Assembly: GCA_016212795.1 (NCBI GenBank)
Contig: JACRDT010000012.1
Location: 19,975 to 83,974 of the forward strand
Length of the DNA: 64,000 bases
Reading direction: 5' to 3'
Source of the DNA: Elusimicrobiota bacterium
Lineage (GTDB): Bacteria; Elusimicrobiota; Elusimicrobia; UBA1565; UBA9628
The notes beneath the pieces are model-generated. The model ran no database searches. It was not told the DNA's origin and saw only the letters and a program-made list of their open reading frames with translations. The first letter of the stretch is position 1; every line of letters begins with the position of its first letter. Both the position numbers and the translations under genes were made by a program. Shown here piece by piece: positions 47,737-56,923 of this stretch.

Positions 47737-49220
47737 GACCTCAGCAGGCTCCGCTTGTAGCCGTACGCGAAGTAGATCCCCAACCCCGCGGCCAGCCAGA
47801 CCACGAAGCGCAGCCACGTGACCTTGTCGAGCCCCGTCATCAGGAAGAGGCAGAAGGCGATGCCCAGGAGCGGCATGACGATGCCGCCCGGGACCGTGAA
47901 GGGCCGGGGCCGGCCCGGGTCCTTGTAGCGCAGGATGATGACGCCGACGCAGACGAGGACGAACGCGAAGAGCGTGCCGATGTTGCAGAGGTTGGCCATC
48001 TCGTCGATGTTGCAGAAGGCCGACAGGACCGCCACCACGACGCCGGTCCAGATGGTGGTCACGTGGGGGGTCCTGAAGCGCGGGTGGACCTTGGCGAAGT
48101 ACGGGGGCAGGAGCCCGTCGCGGCTCATGGAGAAGAAGATGCGGGGCTGGCCCATCTGGAACACCAGGAGCACGGCGGTGTGGGCGATGACCGAGCCGAG
48201 GGACACGAGCCCGATGAGCCAGGGGCTGACGTGGTTGTACTCGAGGCCCACGATGAGGGGCTCGGCGATCTTGTTCTTCATCTCCATGAAGGGCATCATC
48301 CCGGTCAGGGCCACGGTCACCAGGATATAGACGACGGTGCAGATGACGAGGGAGCCGATGATGCCGATGGGCATGTCCCGCTTGGGGTCCTTGGTCTCCT
48401 CGGCCACGGTCGAGACCGCGTCGAAGCCGATGTAGGCGAAGAAGACCGTCGCCGCGCCCACCCGGATGCCCTGCCAGCCACCGGGGGCGAAGGGCGTCCA
48501 GTTCTCCCAGCGGAAGTAATAGAAGCCGACGCAGATGAAGACGGCGAGCACGACCAGCTTGAGCCCGACCATGACGTCGTTGAACCGGCTCGACTCCTTG
48601 ATGCCGATGACGAGCAGGGCAGTGATGGCCAGCACGATGGCCACGGCCGGCAGGTTGAAGATGAGCGGGACGCCCAGGACGTGGGGCACGGCGGAGAGGT
48701 CGAAGAGCTGGGGGTTGGCGGCCGCCTTCTGGATGAAGGACCTGTAGTCGATGCGCAGCCAGATGGGGATGTCCAGGCCGAAGGCGGTCTTCACGAAGTC
48801 GTTGAAGTACCCGGCCCAGCTGATGGCCACGGCCACGTTGCCGATGGCGTACTCGATGATGAGGTCCCAGCCGATGATCCAGGCCACGAGCTCGCCCATG
48901 GTGGCGTAGGTGTAGGTGTAGGCGCTGCCCGAGATGGGCACCATCGCGGCCAGCTCCGCGTAGCACAGCGCGGTGAACCCGCAGGCGACGGCGGTGATGA
49001 GGAAGGAGATGATGAGCGCGGGGCCGGCGGGGTGGCCGCTCGAGGCCCCGACCGCGGCCTCGCCCACCATGGCGAAGATGCCGGCGCCGATGATGGCCCC
49101 GATGCCGATCATCGTGACGTCGAAGGCGCCGAGCACGGCCTTGAGCTGGTGTCCCCTGGTCTTGGACTCGTGGATCAGGGAGTCGACCGACTTGGTGCGG
49201 AAAATCGACAGGCTGGACAT
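47733..49220 (-). CDS. APC-family amino acid permease (cationic amino acid transporter-like)
   Basis: GIGAIIGAGIF, CYAELAAMVP.SGSAY, FFAYIGFDAVST.AEE and SMSRDGLLP. Confidence 0.93.
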   Translation of the reverse strand: MSSLSIFRTKSVDSLIHESKTRGHQLKAVLGAFDVTMIGIGAIIGAGIFAMVGEAAVGASSGHPAGPALIISFLITAVACGFTALCYAELAAMVPISGSAYTYTYATMGELVAWIIGWDLIIEYAIGNVAVAISWAGYFNDFVKTAFGLDIPIWLRIDYRSFIQKAAANPQLFDLSAVPHVLGVPLIFNLPAVAIVLAITALLVIGIKESSRFNDVMVGLKLVVLAVFICVGFYYFRWENWTPFAPGGWQGIRVGAATVFFAYIGFDAVSTVAEETKDPKRDMPIGIIGSLVICTVVYILVTVALTGMMPFMEMKNKIAEPLIVGLEYNHVSPWLIGLVSLGSVIAHTAVLLVFQMGQPRIFFSMSRDGLLPPYFAKVHPRFRTPHVTTIWTGVVVAVLSAFCNIDEMANLCNIGTLFAFVLVCVGVIILRYKDPGRPRPFTVPGGIVMPLLGIAFCLFLMTGLDKVTWLRFVVWLAAGLGIYFAYGYKRSLLRS

Positions 49221-49292
49221 GGGCCTAGGCTAACATTTCTGGCCAGCCAAGACAACGCGCGGTGATGCCGGCGAATCCGCTATAATCCGTTA

Positions 49293-49378
49293 CTACTCGC
49301 CTCCCCGCGGGGGAGGCATCCTAAATGAAACGGCATTGGCCCCCCCGCTACTCGCCCCCCCGTGGGGGGGTCGAGTGA
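49293..49378 (+). repeat. Partial plus full copy of dispersed palindromic repeat
   Basis: CTACTCGCCTCCCCGCGGGGGAGGC, then ATGAAACGGCATTGG-C7-GCTACTCG-C7-GT-G7-TCGAGTGA. Lies just after TATAAT 49281-49286. Confidence 0.88.
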
Positions 49379-50430
49379 TTGCCCACGCGGTCATGGGCGG
49401 CCTTGCCGTCGTGATGGGCCTGGTGCTCGTCCTGCCGTTCTCGGTCAAGAAGGTCGAGGAGGAGCTCGAGGCCTTCCTGTTCGTCATGGGGGCCGCGGCG
49501 GTCACCATCGCCGGCAAGTGGAGCGGGCACCTGGTCCACGAGGCGCTCTGGGAGCCCGTCAAGATCACGGCCGCGGTCCTGCTGGTAGGGTTCGCGTTCC
49601 GGGCGGGCAGGCCGAAGGTGCGGTCGGTCGTCTCCTGGCTCATCAAGGCCGCCGGTCTGCCGGCCGCCGTCATGCTCATCGTGTTCGCGCTGGGGCTGCT
49701 GTCGAGCGTCATCACCGCCATCATCGCCTCCCTGGTCCTGGCCGAGGTCGTGACGGTGCTCAGGCTGGACAGGAAGTACGAGGTCAGGGTGGTCATCTGC
49801 GCCTGCTACGCTATCGGCCTGGGCGCGGCCCTCACGCCCATCGGGGAGCCCCTCTCGACCATCGTGGCGTCCAAGCTCAAGGGGCCGCCCCACAACGCCG
49901 ATTTCTTCTTCCTGATCCGGCTGCTGGGGCTCTGGGTCGTGCCGGGGGTCGCGCTGGTGTCGTTCCTGGCCGGCGCCAAGGTCGGCCACCGGGTGGCGGA
50001 GGGCGCCTCGCTGTCCGAGGACCGCGCCGAGGGCGCGCGGGACATCGCGCTGCGCTCGTTCAAGGTCTATCTCTTCGTGATGGCGCTGGTCTTCCTGGGC
50101 GCGGGCCTGGCGCCGCTGGCGGAGCGGACGGTGGCGGCCGTGCCGAGCTGGGGGCTCTACTGGATCAACTCGGTGTCGGCCATCCTCGACAACGCGACGC
50201 TGGCCGCGGCCGAGGTGGTGCCCTCCATGAGCGAGGGGAAGATCGTCTTCCTTCTCATGGGCCTGCTCGTCTCCGGGGGGATGCTCATCCCGGGGAACAT
50301 CCCCAACATCATCTGCGCCTCCAAGCTCGGCATCAAGAGCAAGGAGTGGGCGGCCTTCGCCGCGCCCCTGGGCGCCGTCCTGATGCTGGCCTATTTCGCG
50401 GTCCTGATGGCCGCGGTGCGCCAGGCATGA
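49375..50430 (+). CDS. DUF1646-family membrane protein (putative ion transporter)
   Basis: LVLPFSVKKVEEELEAFLFVMG, GLGAALTPIGEPLST, SAILDNATLAAAE and GGMLIPGNIPNII. Start uncertain (GTG 49375 or ATG 49393). Confidence 0.85.
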   Translation: MIAHAVMGGLAVVMGLVLVLPFSVKKVEEELEAFLFVMGAAAVTIAGKWSGHLVHEALWEPVKITAAVLLVGFAFRAGRPKVRSVVSWLIKAAGLPAAVMLIVFALGLLSSVITAIIASLVLAEVVTVLRLDRKYEVRVVICACYAIGLGAALTPIGEPLSTIVASKLKGPPHNADFFFLIRLLGLWVVPGVALVSFLAGAKVGHRVAEGASLSEDRAEGARDIALRSFKVYLFVMALVFLGAGLAPLAERTVAAVPSWGLYWINSVSAILDNATLAAAEVVPSMSEGKIVFLLMGLLVSGGMLIPGNIPNIICASKLGIKSKEWAAFAAPLGAVLMLAYFAVLMAAVRQA

Positions 50431-50843
50431 TCAGCGGCCTCAGGATCGCCGGCGAGAAGTGCGCCAAGTGCGGCGCCGTCGAGCTGCGCTGCAGTTCCGT
50501 GGCGGCGCTGCATTGGGTACGGGTCCTGCGCATGAGCCGCAAGCGCTTCTGCCCGTCCTGCGGCAATAAGTGGCACGTCGATCCGGCCCCGGTCACGGTC
50601 CACTCGCCGTGGGACCGGGAGGCGAAGATCGTGCTGGCGTTGGCTCTGACCGCGGCCGGCGCCGTCGCGGTCCTGGGGCTGCTGCAATCCCACCCCATCG
50701 ACGCGGCCAAGAGGCTGGTCCGGGGCCAGTCGGACGACGCCCACGGCCGCAAGAGCAAGAACGTCCTCTGGAGCGTGCTCGGCTTCCTGTACCCCTCCAA
50801 AGAGGACGCCAAGACGGATTACTACGGTCACTCCAGGAAGTGA
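50427..50843 (+). CDS. Small Zn-ribbon membrane protein
   Basis: ATGA overlap, CAKC...CPSC, then one TM helix. Confidence 0.7.
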   Translation: MISGLRIAGEKCAKCGAVELRCSSVAALHWVRVLRMSRKRFCPSCGNKWHVDPAPVTVHSPWDREAKIVLALALTAAGAVAVLGLLQSHPIDAAKRLVRGQSDDAHGRKSKNVLWSVLGFLYPSKEDAKTDYYGHSRK

Positions 50844-50856
50844 GGCGGCCGGAGCG

Positions 50857-51129
50857 CTACTCCTTGGAGTAGAAGACCGCCGCGGTCAGGCCGATACCGA
50901 TGATCAAGGTCAAGACGGTGTCGGAGACGAAGTAGGGGAAGACCATCAGCGCGCCGCCGAGGGCCATCGCGTTGACGTTGCCGTCGCGCCTCCCGTAGCC
51001 CAGAACGACGAGCCCGACGGCCGAGAAGAACAGTCCCGCGGCGATGTTGGCGGCGCCTCCCGAGACCGACCCAGAGGACAGCCGGGAGGCGATGCCGGAG
51101 GGCAGGCCGGAAGAGAGGTCGACGGTCAT
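50857..51129 (-). CDS. Small membrane protein
   Basis: Three hydrophobic segments (FSAVG...YGRR...LMVFPYFV). TATGAT 8 nt upstream. Confidence 0.7.
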   Translation of the reverse strand: MTVDLSSGLPSGIASRLSSGSVSGGAANIAAGLFFSAVGLVVLGYGRRDGNVNAMALGGALMVFPYFVSDTVLTLIIGIGLTAAVFYSKE

Positions 51130-51189
51130 GCGGGGACATCATACCATGTGCGGACGGCCCCGGCGGAAATTCGGTATCATCTCCCGGGC

Positions 51190-51981
51190 ATGGCGACGCT
51201 GAGGCTGGAGTCCGTCTCGTTCAAGGCCGGGGGCGCGCGCCTCCTGGCCGAGACGAACCTGCTGTTCAGGTCCGGGCAACTGACGGGCATCCTGGGCCCC
51301 TCGGGGTCGGGGAAGAGCACCCTGCTCAAGTGCCTGACGACGATCCACAAGCCGACGGCCGGCCGGGTGACGCTCGACGGGGAGGATGTCTGGGCCATCC
51401 GGCGCCGCTTCAGGCTGTCCCTCGGCTACGTCCCGCAGGACGACGTCATCCATCCCCAGCTGACCGTGGAGCAGGCCTTCCTGTTCTCCTCCAGGCTGCG
51501 GCTGGACACGGCGATGGCCCCGGAGGCCGTGGCCAAGAGGGTCGACGCGGTCGCGGCCCTGCTGGGCCTGGCCGAGGCCAGGAAGCGCCGCATCTTCCGG
51601 CTGTCCGGGGGACAGAGGAAGCGCGTCAACATCGGCATCGAGCTGCTGGCCGACCCAGAGGTCCTGGTCCTCGATGAGCCGGCCTCGGGGCTCGACCCGG
51701 GGACCGAGGAGGACCTCGTCAAGCTCCTCGGGGCCCTGGCGGGCGCCGGCCGGACCGTGGTGATGACCACGCACTCCATGGAGTACCTCTCCTCCCTGCA
51801 CCGTATCGTGGTGCTGGCGGCCGGCAACGTCCTGTTCTGGGGCGGCTACCAGGACCTCCTCGCCCACTTCCAGGTCCCGCACGCGGCCGACGTGTTCAAG
51901 GCCATCCGCGGCAAGGGCGTCGACTCCTGGGCGGCCCTCTACCGCAGCTCTCAGCTGGCGCGCAAGGCCGAGGGGCCCTGA
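51190..51981 (+). CDS. ABC transporter ATP-binding protein (ABCG/Rv1747-like ATPase)
   Basis: GPSGSGKST, GYVPQDDVIH, LSGGQRKR, LDEPASGLDP and TTH. Confidence 0.92.
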   Translation: MATLRLESVSFKAGGARLLAETNLLFRSGQLTGILGPSGSGKSTLLKCLTTIHKPTAGRVTLDGEDVWAIRRRFRLSLGYVPQDDVIHPQLTVEQAFLFSSRLRLDTAMAPEAVAKRVDAVAALLGLAEARKRRIFRLSGGQRKRVNIGIELLADPEVLVLDEPASGLDPGTEEDLVKLLGALAGAGRTVVMTTHSMEYLSSLHRIVVLAAGNVLFWGGYQDLLAHFQVPHAADVFKAIRGKGVDSWAALYRSSQLARKAEGP

Positions 51982-52095
51982 CGGGTCCTCGGGTCCTGGC
52001 CGGGCCTTTGGACCCCCCCCGAGCCTGGGTATTTCGGGCCGGTTCCGTGCTATACTGTGATCGTGGTGACATTCCGTCCGGAGGTGCCCCTCGTC

Positions 52096-53016
52096 ATGCT
52101 GAGACTCGCCGCGCTCGCCTTGTGCTTTGCCGTCCCCTCGTTCGCGACGCCTGCCGTGCCCGTCCACGACGCCGAGTTCGCCGGGACGGTCGCCAAGATC
52201 GCCTCCGAGGCCAAGGGCCTGGCCGCCGATTTCTTCGCCGCGTCCCATTGGATGCAGGACCGGGAGGTCGTGGCCCTGCTGCGCGACCAGGACCCGCAGG
52301 TGCGCGTCGCGGCCCTGAAGTACGCCCGCTCCATGCCCCTCATCCAGGACGTCGACGTGCGCCGCGAGGTCGGCGCCATGGCCTCCAACGAGCGCGTCCT
52401 CGACGTGCGCCTGGAGGCCGTCAGGACGCTCTACTGGGTGGCGCAGTACAACGACTTCCAGCGCCAGCTCTTCGACCTGGCCCGCCACGACGCGCAGCCG
52501 CGGGTGCGCGCCATGGCCTACAAGGCCCTGCATAGCGCGGCCGCCCACAGCTCGTCGGTGTGGAGGTACATGCTCTACGCGGCCCGCAACGAGAAGAACC
52601 TCGAGGTCCAACAGGCCGTGGCCTGGTCGCTGTTCGAGTGCTCCGGCCAGCCGGACGTGCGTCGGGAGCTCGAGCGAACGGCGTGGAACGCCGGTCTCGA
52701 CGCGGGCCTGCGCCTCGAGGCGGTCAAGAGCCTCTACGGCGCCATGGTGTACAGCGAGATCAGCCGCGGGATGATCCGCCTCGCCTACGACGTCGGCCAG
52801 CCCAAGGATCTGCGCCTGGCCGCCATCCTGGCCCTGAGCGCGGTCACCGGCTCGGAGGTCTCGCGCGCCATCGAGGGCCTGCTGCGCGATCCCGACCCCG
52901 GGATCCGCGCCGCGGCCGTCCAGGCCGCCGGGGGGCTGTCCGAGGAGTTGCGCCGGTTCTTCCACCTCGGGTACAAGCTCAACGACCGGTACGTCAGCCC
53001 CATCGAGAACGAGTAG
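52096..53016 (+). CDS. Exported HEAT-repeat protein
   Basis: Signal peptide, LLRDQDPQVRVAA and LLRDPDPGIRAAA repeats. TG-C-TATACT at 52048-52056 and GGAGG RBS. Confidence 0.8.
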   Translation: MLRLAALALCFAVPSFATPAVPVHDAEFAGTVAKIASEAKGLAADFFAASHWMQDREVVALLRDQDPQVRVAALKYARSMPLIQDVDVRREVGAMASNERVLDVRLEAVRTLYWVAQYNDFQRQLFDLARHDAQPRVRAMAYKALHSAAAHSSSVWRYMLYAARNEKNLEVQQAVAWSLFECSGQPDVRRELERTAWNAGLDAGLRLEAVKSLYGAMVYSEISRGMIRLAYDVGQPKDLRLAAILALSAVTGSEVSRAIEGLLRDPDPGIRAAAVQAAGGLSEELRRFFHLGYKLNDRYVSPIENE

Positions 53017-53039
53017 GCTCGCCGCCTGAAGGGTCGTCC

Positions 53040-56000
53040 CTACGCCGCCTCAGGCTGGGCTGGCTGGCCGAACACTGCCGCGAGCTCGGCCAGGAGGGCC
53101 TTCATGCCCGGAGGCCTGGCCGAAGGGTCCGCCTTGAGGCATCGGACGACCAGGTCCTTGAGCTTCTCTGGCACGGCGTCGGGCAGGGCGGCGTAGGACT
53201 CCCGCTCTTTGACCTCGCGCAGGCCCTTGCCGGTCAGGAAGGGCAGGTCGCCGGTGAGGAGCTCGTAGGCGGTCACGCCCAGGCTGTAGACGTCGCACGC
53301 GTAGCCCGGCCTGCCCGCGTGCTGCTCGGGCGCCATGTAGGCCGGCGTGCCAGTGGCCTGGGTCTGCTCGAGCCCGACCGCGTCCACGTGCCGGGCGATG
53401 CCGAAGTCCATCATCTTGACCGCTCCCTTGCGGTCCATCATGATGTTGGCGGGCTTGACGTCCAGGTGCGCGACTCCCTTCTCGTGGGCGTGGCCGAGCG
53501 CCTCGCAGGCCAAACTCAGCAGGCGCACGCACTGCCTGGGCTGGAACGCGCCCCGGCAGGCCAGGAGGTCGGCGACGGTCTCGCCGTCGACGTACTCGAA
53601 CACCAGGTAGGTGGACCCCTCGTGCTCGACCGTCTCGTGGAAACCCACGATGCCCGCGTGCTTGAGCTCGGCCAGGGTGGCGGCCTCGTCCAGGAGGAGC
53701 CGCCTGTGCTCGGGGTCCCGGGCGATGCTCTGGCGCAGGCGCTTGAGCGCGACCTCGCGGCCGGTTTGGCGGTCTCTCGCCTTGTACACCAGGCCCATGC
53801 CGCCCACGCCCAGGGGCCTTAGGATCTCGTAGCGGGAGGCCACCATGGCGGCGGCGGGCGGCTCGGTCTCTGGCACGACGGCCCCGGCGGCGGAGGCGGC
53901 CGCGCGGGTGTCCCGCATGGCCATGACCGTGGTCAGATGCGTCAGCTCGTCGGGCGAGATGGCGTCGATGCGCTGGAGCCTGACGTCGGCGTCCTTGTAG
54001 CCTCGCGTCTTCTTGAGGAGCTCCTGGTAGGTCGCCTTGGCCCGCCCGAAATCGCCGTGGCGCTCGCAGAACACGGCCCAGTAGTAGCGCAATTCGGGCG
54101 CGGCCTCGACGGCGATGCGGCTCTGCGCGTCCTGGAACAAAGCCCTGGCCTGTTCGAAGCGGTCCTGCCGCTGGAGGGCTCTCAAGGCGCAGCCGTATTC
54201 GCGGGCGCTCCAGCGGCTCCGGGAGACCTTCTCCAGCGCGTCCATCGCCGGCGCTTCCTTGCCGTCCTCGATGAGCGCCTCGGCGAGGAGGACGCGCTTG
54301 TCCTCGGGCAGCTCGTCGGCGGCCAGCTCCTCCAGGCTCCCGTCCTTGGCGTGCAGGGAGACCAGCAGCCCCCAATCCTCGCCCTCGAGCGCGGGCTTCT
54401 TCTTGAGCAGGACGAGCCCGGCCCCGGCCCGCCCTCGCTGCAGGAACGCCTGGGCATAGCCCGAGTAGAACCCGGGCGGCCGGCCCGTCCCCGCCTGGGC
54501 CGCGAAGTCGTCGGCTTGGCCCGCGTCGTCGAACACCTGGGCCACCAGGTAGGAGTCCGTCTCCGCTTTCCAGGCGGTGTCCACGACGGCGCCCAGGACG
54601 CCAGCGGCCTCCCGGCCGAGCTTGAGCGAGTCGAGCTGGTTGGCGATGCCGAGGCGCTCGCCGTAGGCGACGAACTCGGTGGAGAGCGCCCCGGCCCTGC
54701 GCAGGGAGATGACGCGGTGGAGCACCTTGTAGGCCGCGGCTTCCTTGCCCGTCGGGCGGCAGTCCTTGAGCAGTTCGTGCGCCGCGTCGTAGGCCCCGGC
54801 CCGCAAGAAAGCCATGGCAAAGGCGGCGCGGGCGGGTTCGGCCAGGCCCGAGGCAGTCTGCGGGAAGTCGCGCGACCGGCCGGCCTTGACGTAGTCGAGC
54901 GCCACCCGATCCATCTCCGCCTCGTGGCGCGACGCGGCCGTGAGCTCCGCCTCGGTCCGGGGCCTGAAAGCCGCCGACCCAAGCCGGCCGGTCGAGGAAC
55001 CGGCCGCGGCGGCGGCGAACGGCAGGCTCTCGGGTTCCTTCTCCTGCGGCGGGGCGGCCTTGGACCTGCGGCCCGCCGCCACCCCCACGCCGACCAAGAA
55101 CACGAGCACGATGACCCCGGCGACCAGCCAGATCAGGTTCTCCCGGCGCTGTTCGGCCTGCTTGCGGGACTGCTCTCGAAGGGATTCCAGCTTCTCCACG
55201 ACGGTCGGCAGGTCGAGGGCCTTTTGGGCGGCTTCGACCTCCACGATCGCGGCCTGGAGATCCTCCTTGTCCTCGAACCCCTGGGCGACGGCCAGGCGGC
55301 GCTCATATTCTGCAATCCTGCCCAGCATCGCCTTGGCTTCGGCGCGCAGGTCGCCTCCGGCCCGGGATCGGCCGTCCAGCGCTTTCTTGATGGTCTCCTT
55401 CGCTTCCGCCAGCCGGCCTGTCGTCGCCAGGCACAGGCCCCGGTAGTCGTTCCAGACCGCGTCCGGCCTTGAGGAGAGCACGACGTCGAAGTCGGCCATC
55501 GCCGCCGCGTGCTCGCCCTGGTGGTATTTCGCGGCCCCGAGCAGGTTCCTGATCCCGGCGTCCGACGGGTCGAGCTGTGCCGCCCTGTCGAGGATGAGAT
55601 GGGCCAGCTTCGGGTCGGTCTTCACCAGCGGGCCGGCTCTGGCCAGGAGCGCGGCGGCCGTGGTTCGGCGGTACTGCTGGTTATCGGGCGAGAGCTCGAC
55701 GGCCTTGTTGAGGGAGTCGATGGCCTGCTCGACGTCGCCCTGGGCGAGCAAGCGCTCCCCGTCCTTGAAATGGCCGGCGGCCGCGGTCTCGGTGCCGGCC
55801 CGGAGGGCGGCCCTGGCGGCGTCGCGGTGCTCGGCCGCCTCGGAGACGGCGGGATTGAGCTCGAGGGCCTTGTCGTAATCCTTGATCGCGCGCTCGTACT
55901 GCCTGAGGCCTGCGTAGGCGAACCCGCGATTAGCGAAGGCAAGGGCGAGACGAGGGTCGAGTTCGATGGCTTTATCAAAATCCCGGATCGCGCGATCGTA

Positions 56001-56744
56001 TTGCTTAAGGCTGGCGTAGTGGAAGCCGCGGTTGTTGTGGGGCATGGCAAGATTCGGTTGGAGTAGGATGACCTTGTCGTCATCCTGTATTGCGCGGTCG
56101 TATTGGCCGAGGACACCGTAGAGTATGCCGCGGTTCTGGTAGGCATCGACATAGTCCGGCTTGAGTTTGATGGCCGTGTCCAAATCTTGAATCGCGCGGT
56201 TGTATCGTTTGAGTTCGATGTTGACTGTGGCGCGCACAAGGAAGACATTACTCATGGTATCGGAATTCATGCGCGACTTTTTCGACAACAGGATGGCTTT
56301 GTCGAGGTCTTGTGTTGCCCGATTATATTGCTTGAGGCTGGCGTAAGTGACACCGCGACTGGCGTAGGCCTCGGCGAAATTCGCATTGAGTTCGATGGCC
56401 GTGTCCAAGTCCTGTATCGCCGGATCGAATTGGTTGAGGCTGGCATAGTTGGCGCCGCGCTTCATGTGAGCCCAGGCCTTGTAATACACCTCGTCCTCGG
56501 GGGTCCACTGCGCCAGCGCCTTGGTGTAGAGCTGAATCTTTTCGGCGGGGTTCGCGGCCTCTTCGCCCGCGTTGAACAGGTCGCGGAAGCCGCTAGGGTT
56601 GGCCGCGGGGGCCGCGGCGCTGGAGCTCAGCGAGCGGCCTCCCAGCTTGGGGGTACTCCAGCGGCGCTCCTCGGCTCTCGCGGATGGGACCATGGCCAGG
56701 ACGAGCGCGAGGGCCGCGAGCCGGCGCGCCGAGGGTCTAGTCAT
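53040..56744 (-). CDS. Receptor-type Ser/Thr kinase: signal peptide, extracytoplasmic TPRs, TM helix, cytoplasmic helical region and kinase
   Basis: Canonical TPRs, TM LIWLVAGVIVLVFLVGVGV, LGVGGMG, VALK, HLDVKPAN, DFGIA and GTPAYMAPE. Confidence 0.88.
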   Translation of the reverse strand: MTRPSARRLAALALVLAMVPSARAEERRWSTPKLGGRSLSSSAAAPAANPSGFRDLFNAGEEAANPAEKIQLYTKALAQWTPEDEVYYKAWAHMKRGANYASLNQFDPAIQDLDTAIELNANFAEAYASRGVTYASLKQYNRATQDLDKAILLSKKSRMNSDTMSNVFLVRATVNIELKRYNRAIQDLDTAIKLKPDYVDAYQNRGILYGVLGQYDRAIQDDDKVILLQPNLAMPHNNRGFHYASLKQYDRAIRDFDKAIELDPRLALAFANRGFAYAGLRQYERAIKDYDKALELNPAVSEAAEHRDAARAALRAGTETAAAGHFKDGERLLAQGDVEQAIDSLNKAVELSPDNQQYRRTTAAALLARAGPLVKTDPKLAHLILDRAAQLDPSDAGIRNLLGAAKYHQGEHAAAMADFDVVLSSRPDAVWNDYRGLCLATTGRLAEAKETIKKALDGRSRAGGDLRAEAKAMLGRIAEYERRLAVAQGFEDKEDLQAAIVEVEAAQKALDLPTVVEKLESLREQSRKQAEQRRENLIWLVAGVIVLVFLVGVGVAAGRRSKAAPPQEKEPESLPFAAAAAGSSTGRLGSAAFRPRTEAELTAASRHEAEMDRVALDYVKAGRSRDFPQTASGLAEPARAAFAMAFLRAGAYDAAHELLKDCRPTGKEAAAYKVLHRVISLRRAGALSTEFVAYGERLGIANQLDSLKLGREAAGVLGAVVDTAWKAETDSYLVAQVFDDAGQADDFAAQAGTGRPPGFYSGYAQAFLQRGRAGAGLVLLKKKPALEGEDWGLLVSLHAKDGSLEELAADELPEDKRVLLAEALIEDGKEAPAMDALEKVSRSRWSAREYGCALRALQRQDRFEQARALFQDAQSRIAVEAAPELRYYWAVFCERHGDFGRAKATYQELLKKTRGYKDADVRLQRIDAISPDELTHLTTVMAMRDTRAAASAAGAVVPETEPPAAAMVASRYEILRPLGVGGMGLVYKARDRQTGREVALKRLRQSIARDPEHRRLLLDEAATLAELKHAGIVGFHETVEHEGSTYLVFEYVDGETVADLLACRGAFQPRQCVRLLSLACEALGHAHEKGVAHLDVKPANIMMDRKGAVKMMDFGIARHVDAVGLEQTQATGTPAYMAPEQHAGRPGYACDVYSLGVTAYELLTGDLPFLTGKGLREVKERESYAALPDAVPEKLKDLVVRCLKADPSARPPGMKALLAELAAVFGQPAQPEAA

Positions 56745-56923
56745 CGGGAGTCGCCATCCCGCCAGCATTATACCCCGCCCTTGGCCGGCCAGCAAGGCCG
56801 CTGGCTGGCATATGTTCTGGCCGGCGGAAGCCGTCCGGCGATCAGAAAGGTTCGGGTGGAACTTTCTTGCCGCCTCGATCGTATGCATAGGTGGGCGCTG
56901 ATCCCAGGCTGAAAGGAGGTCCC

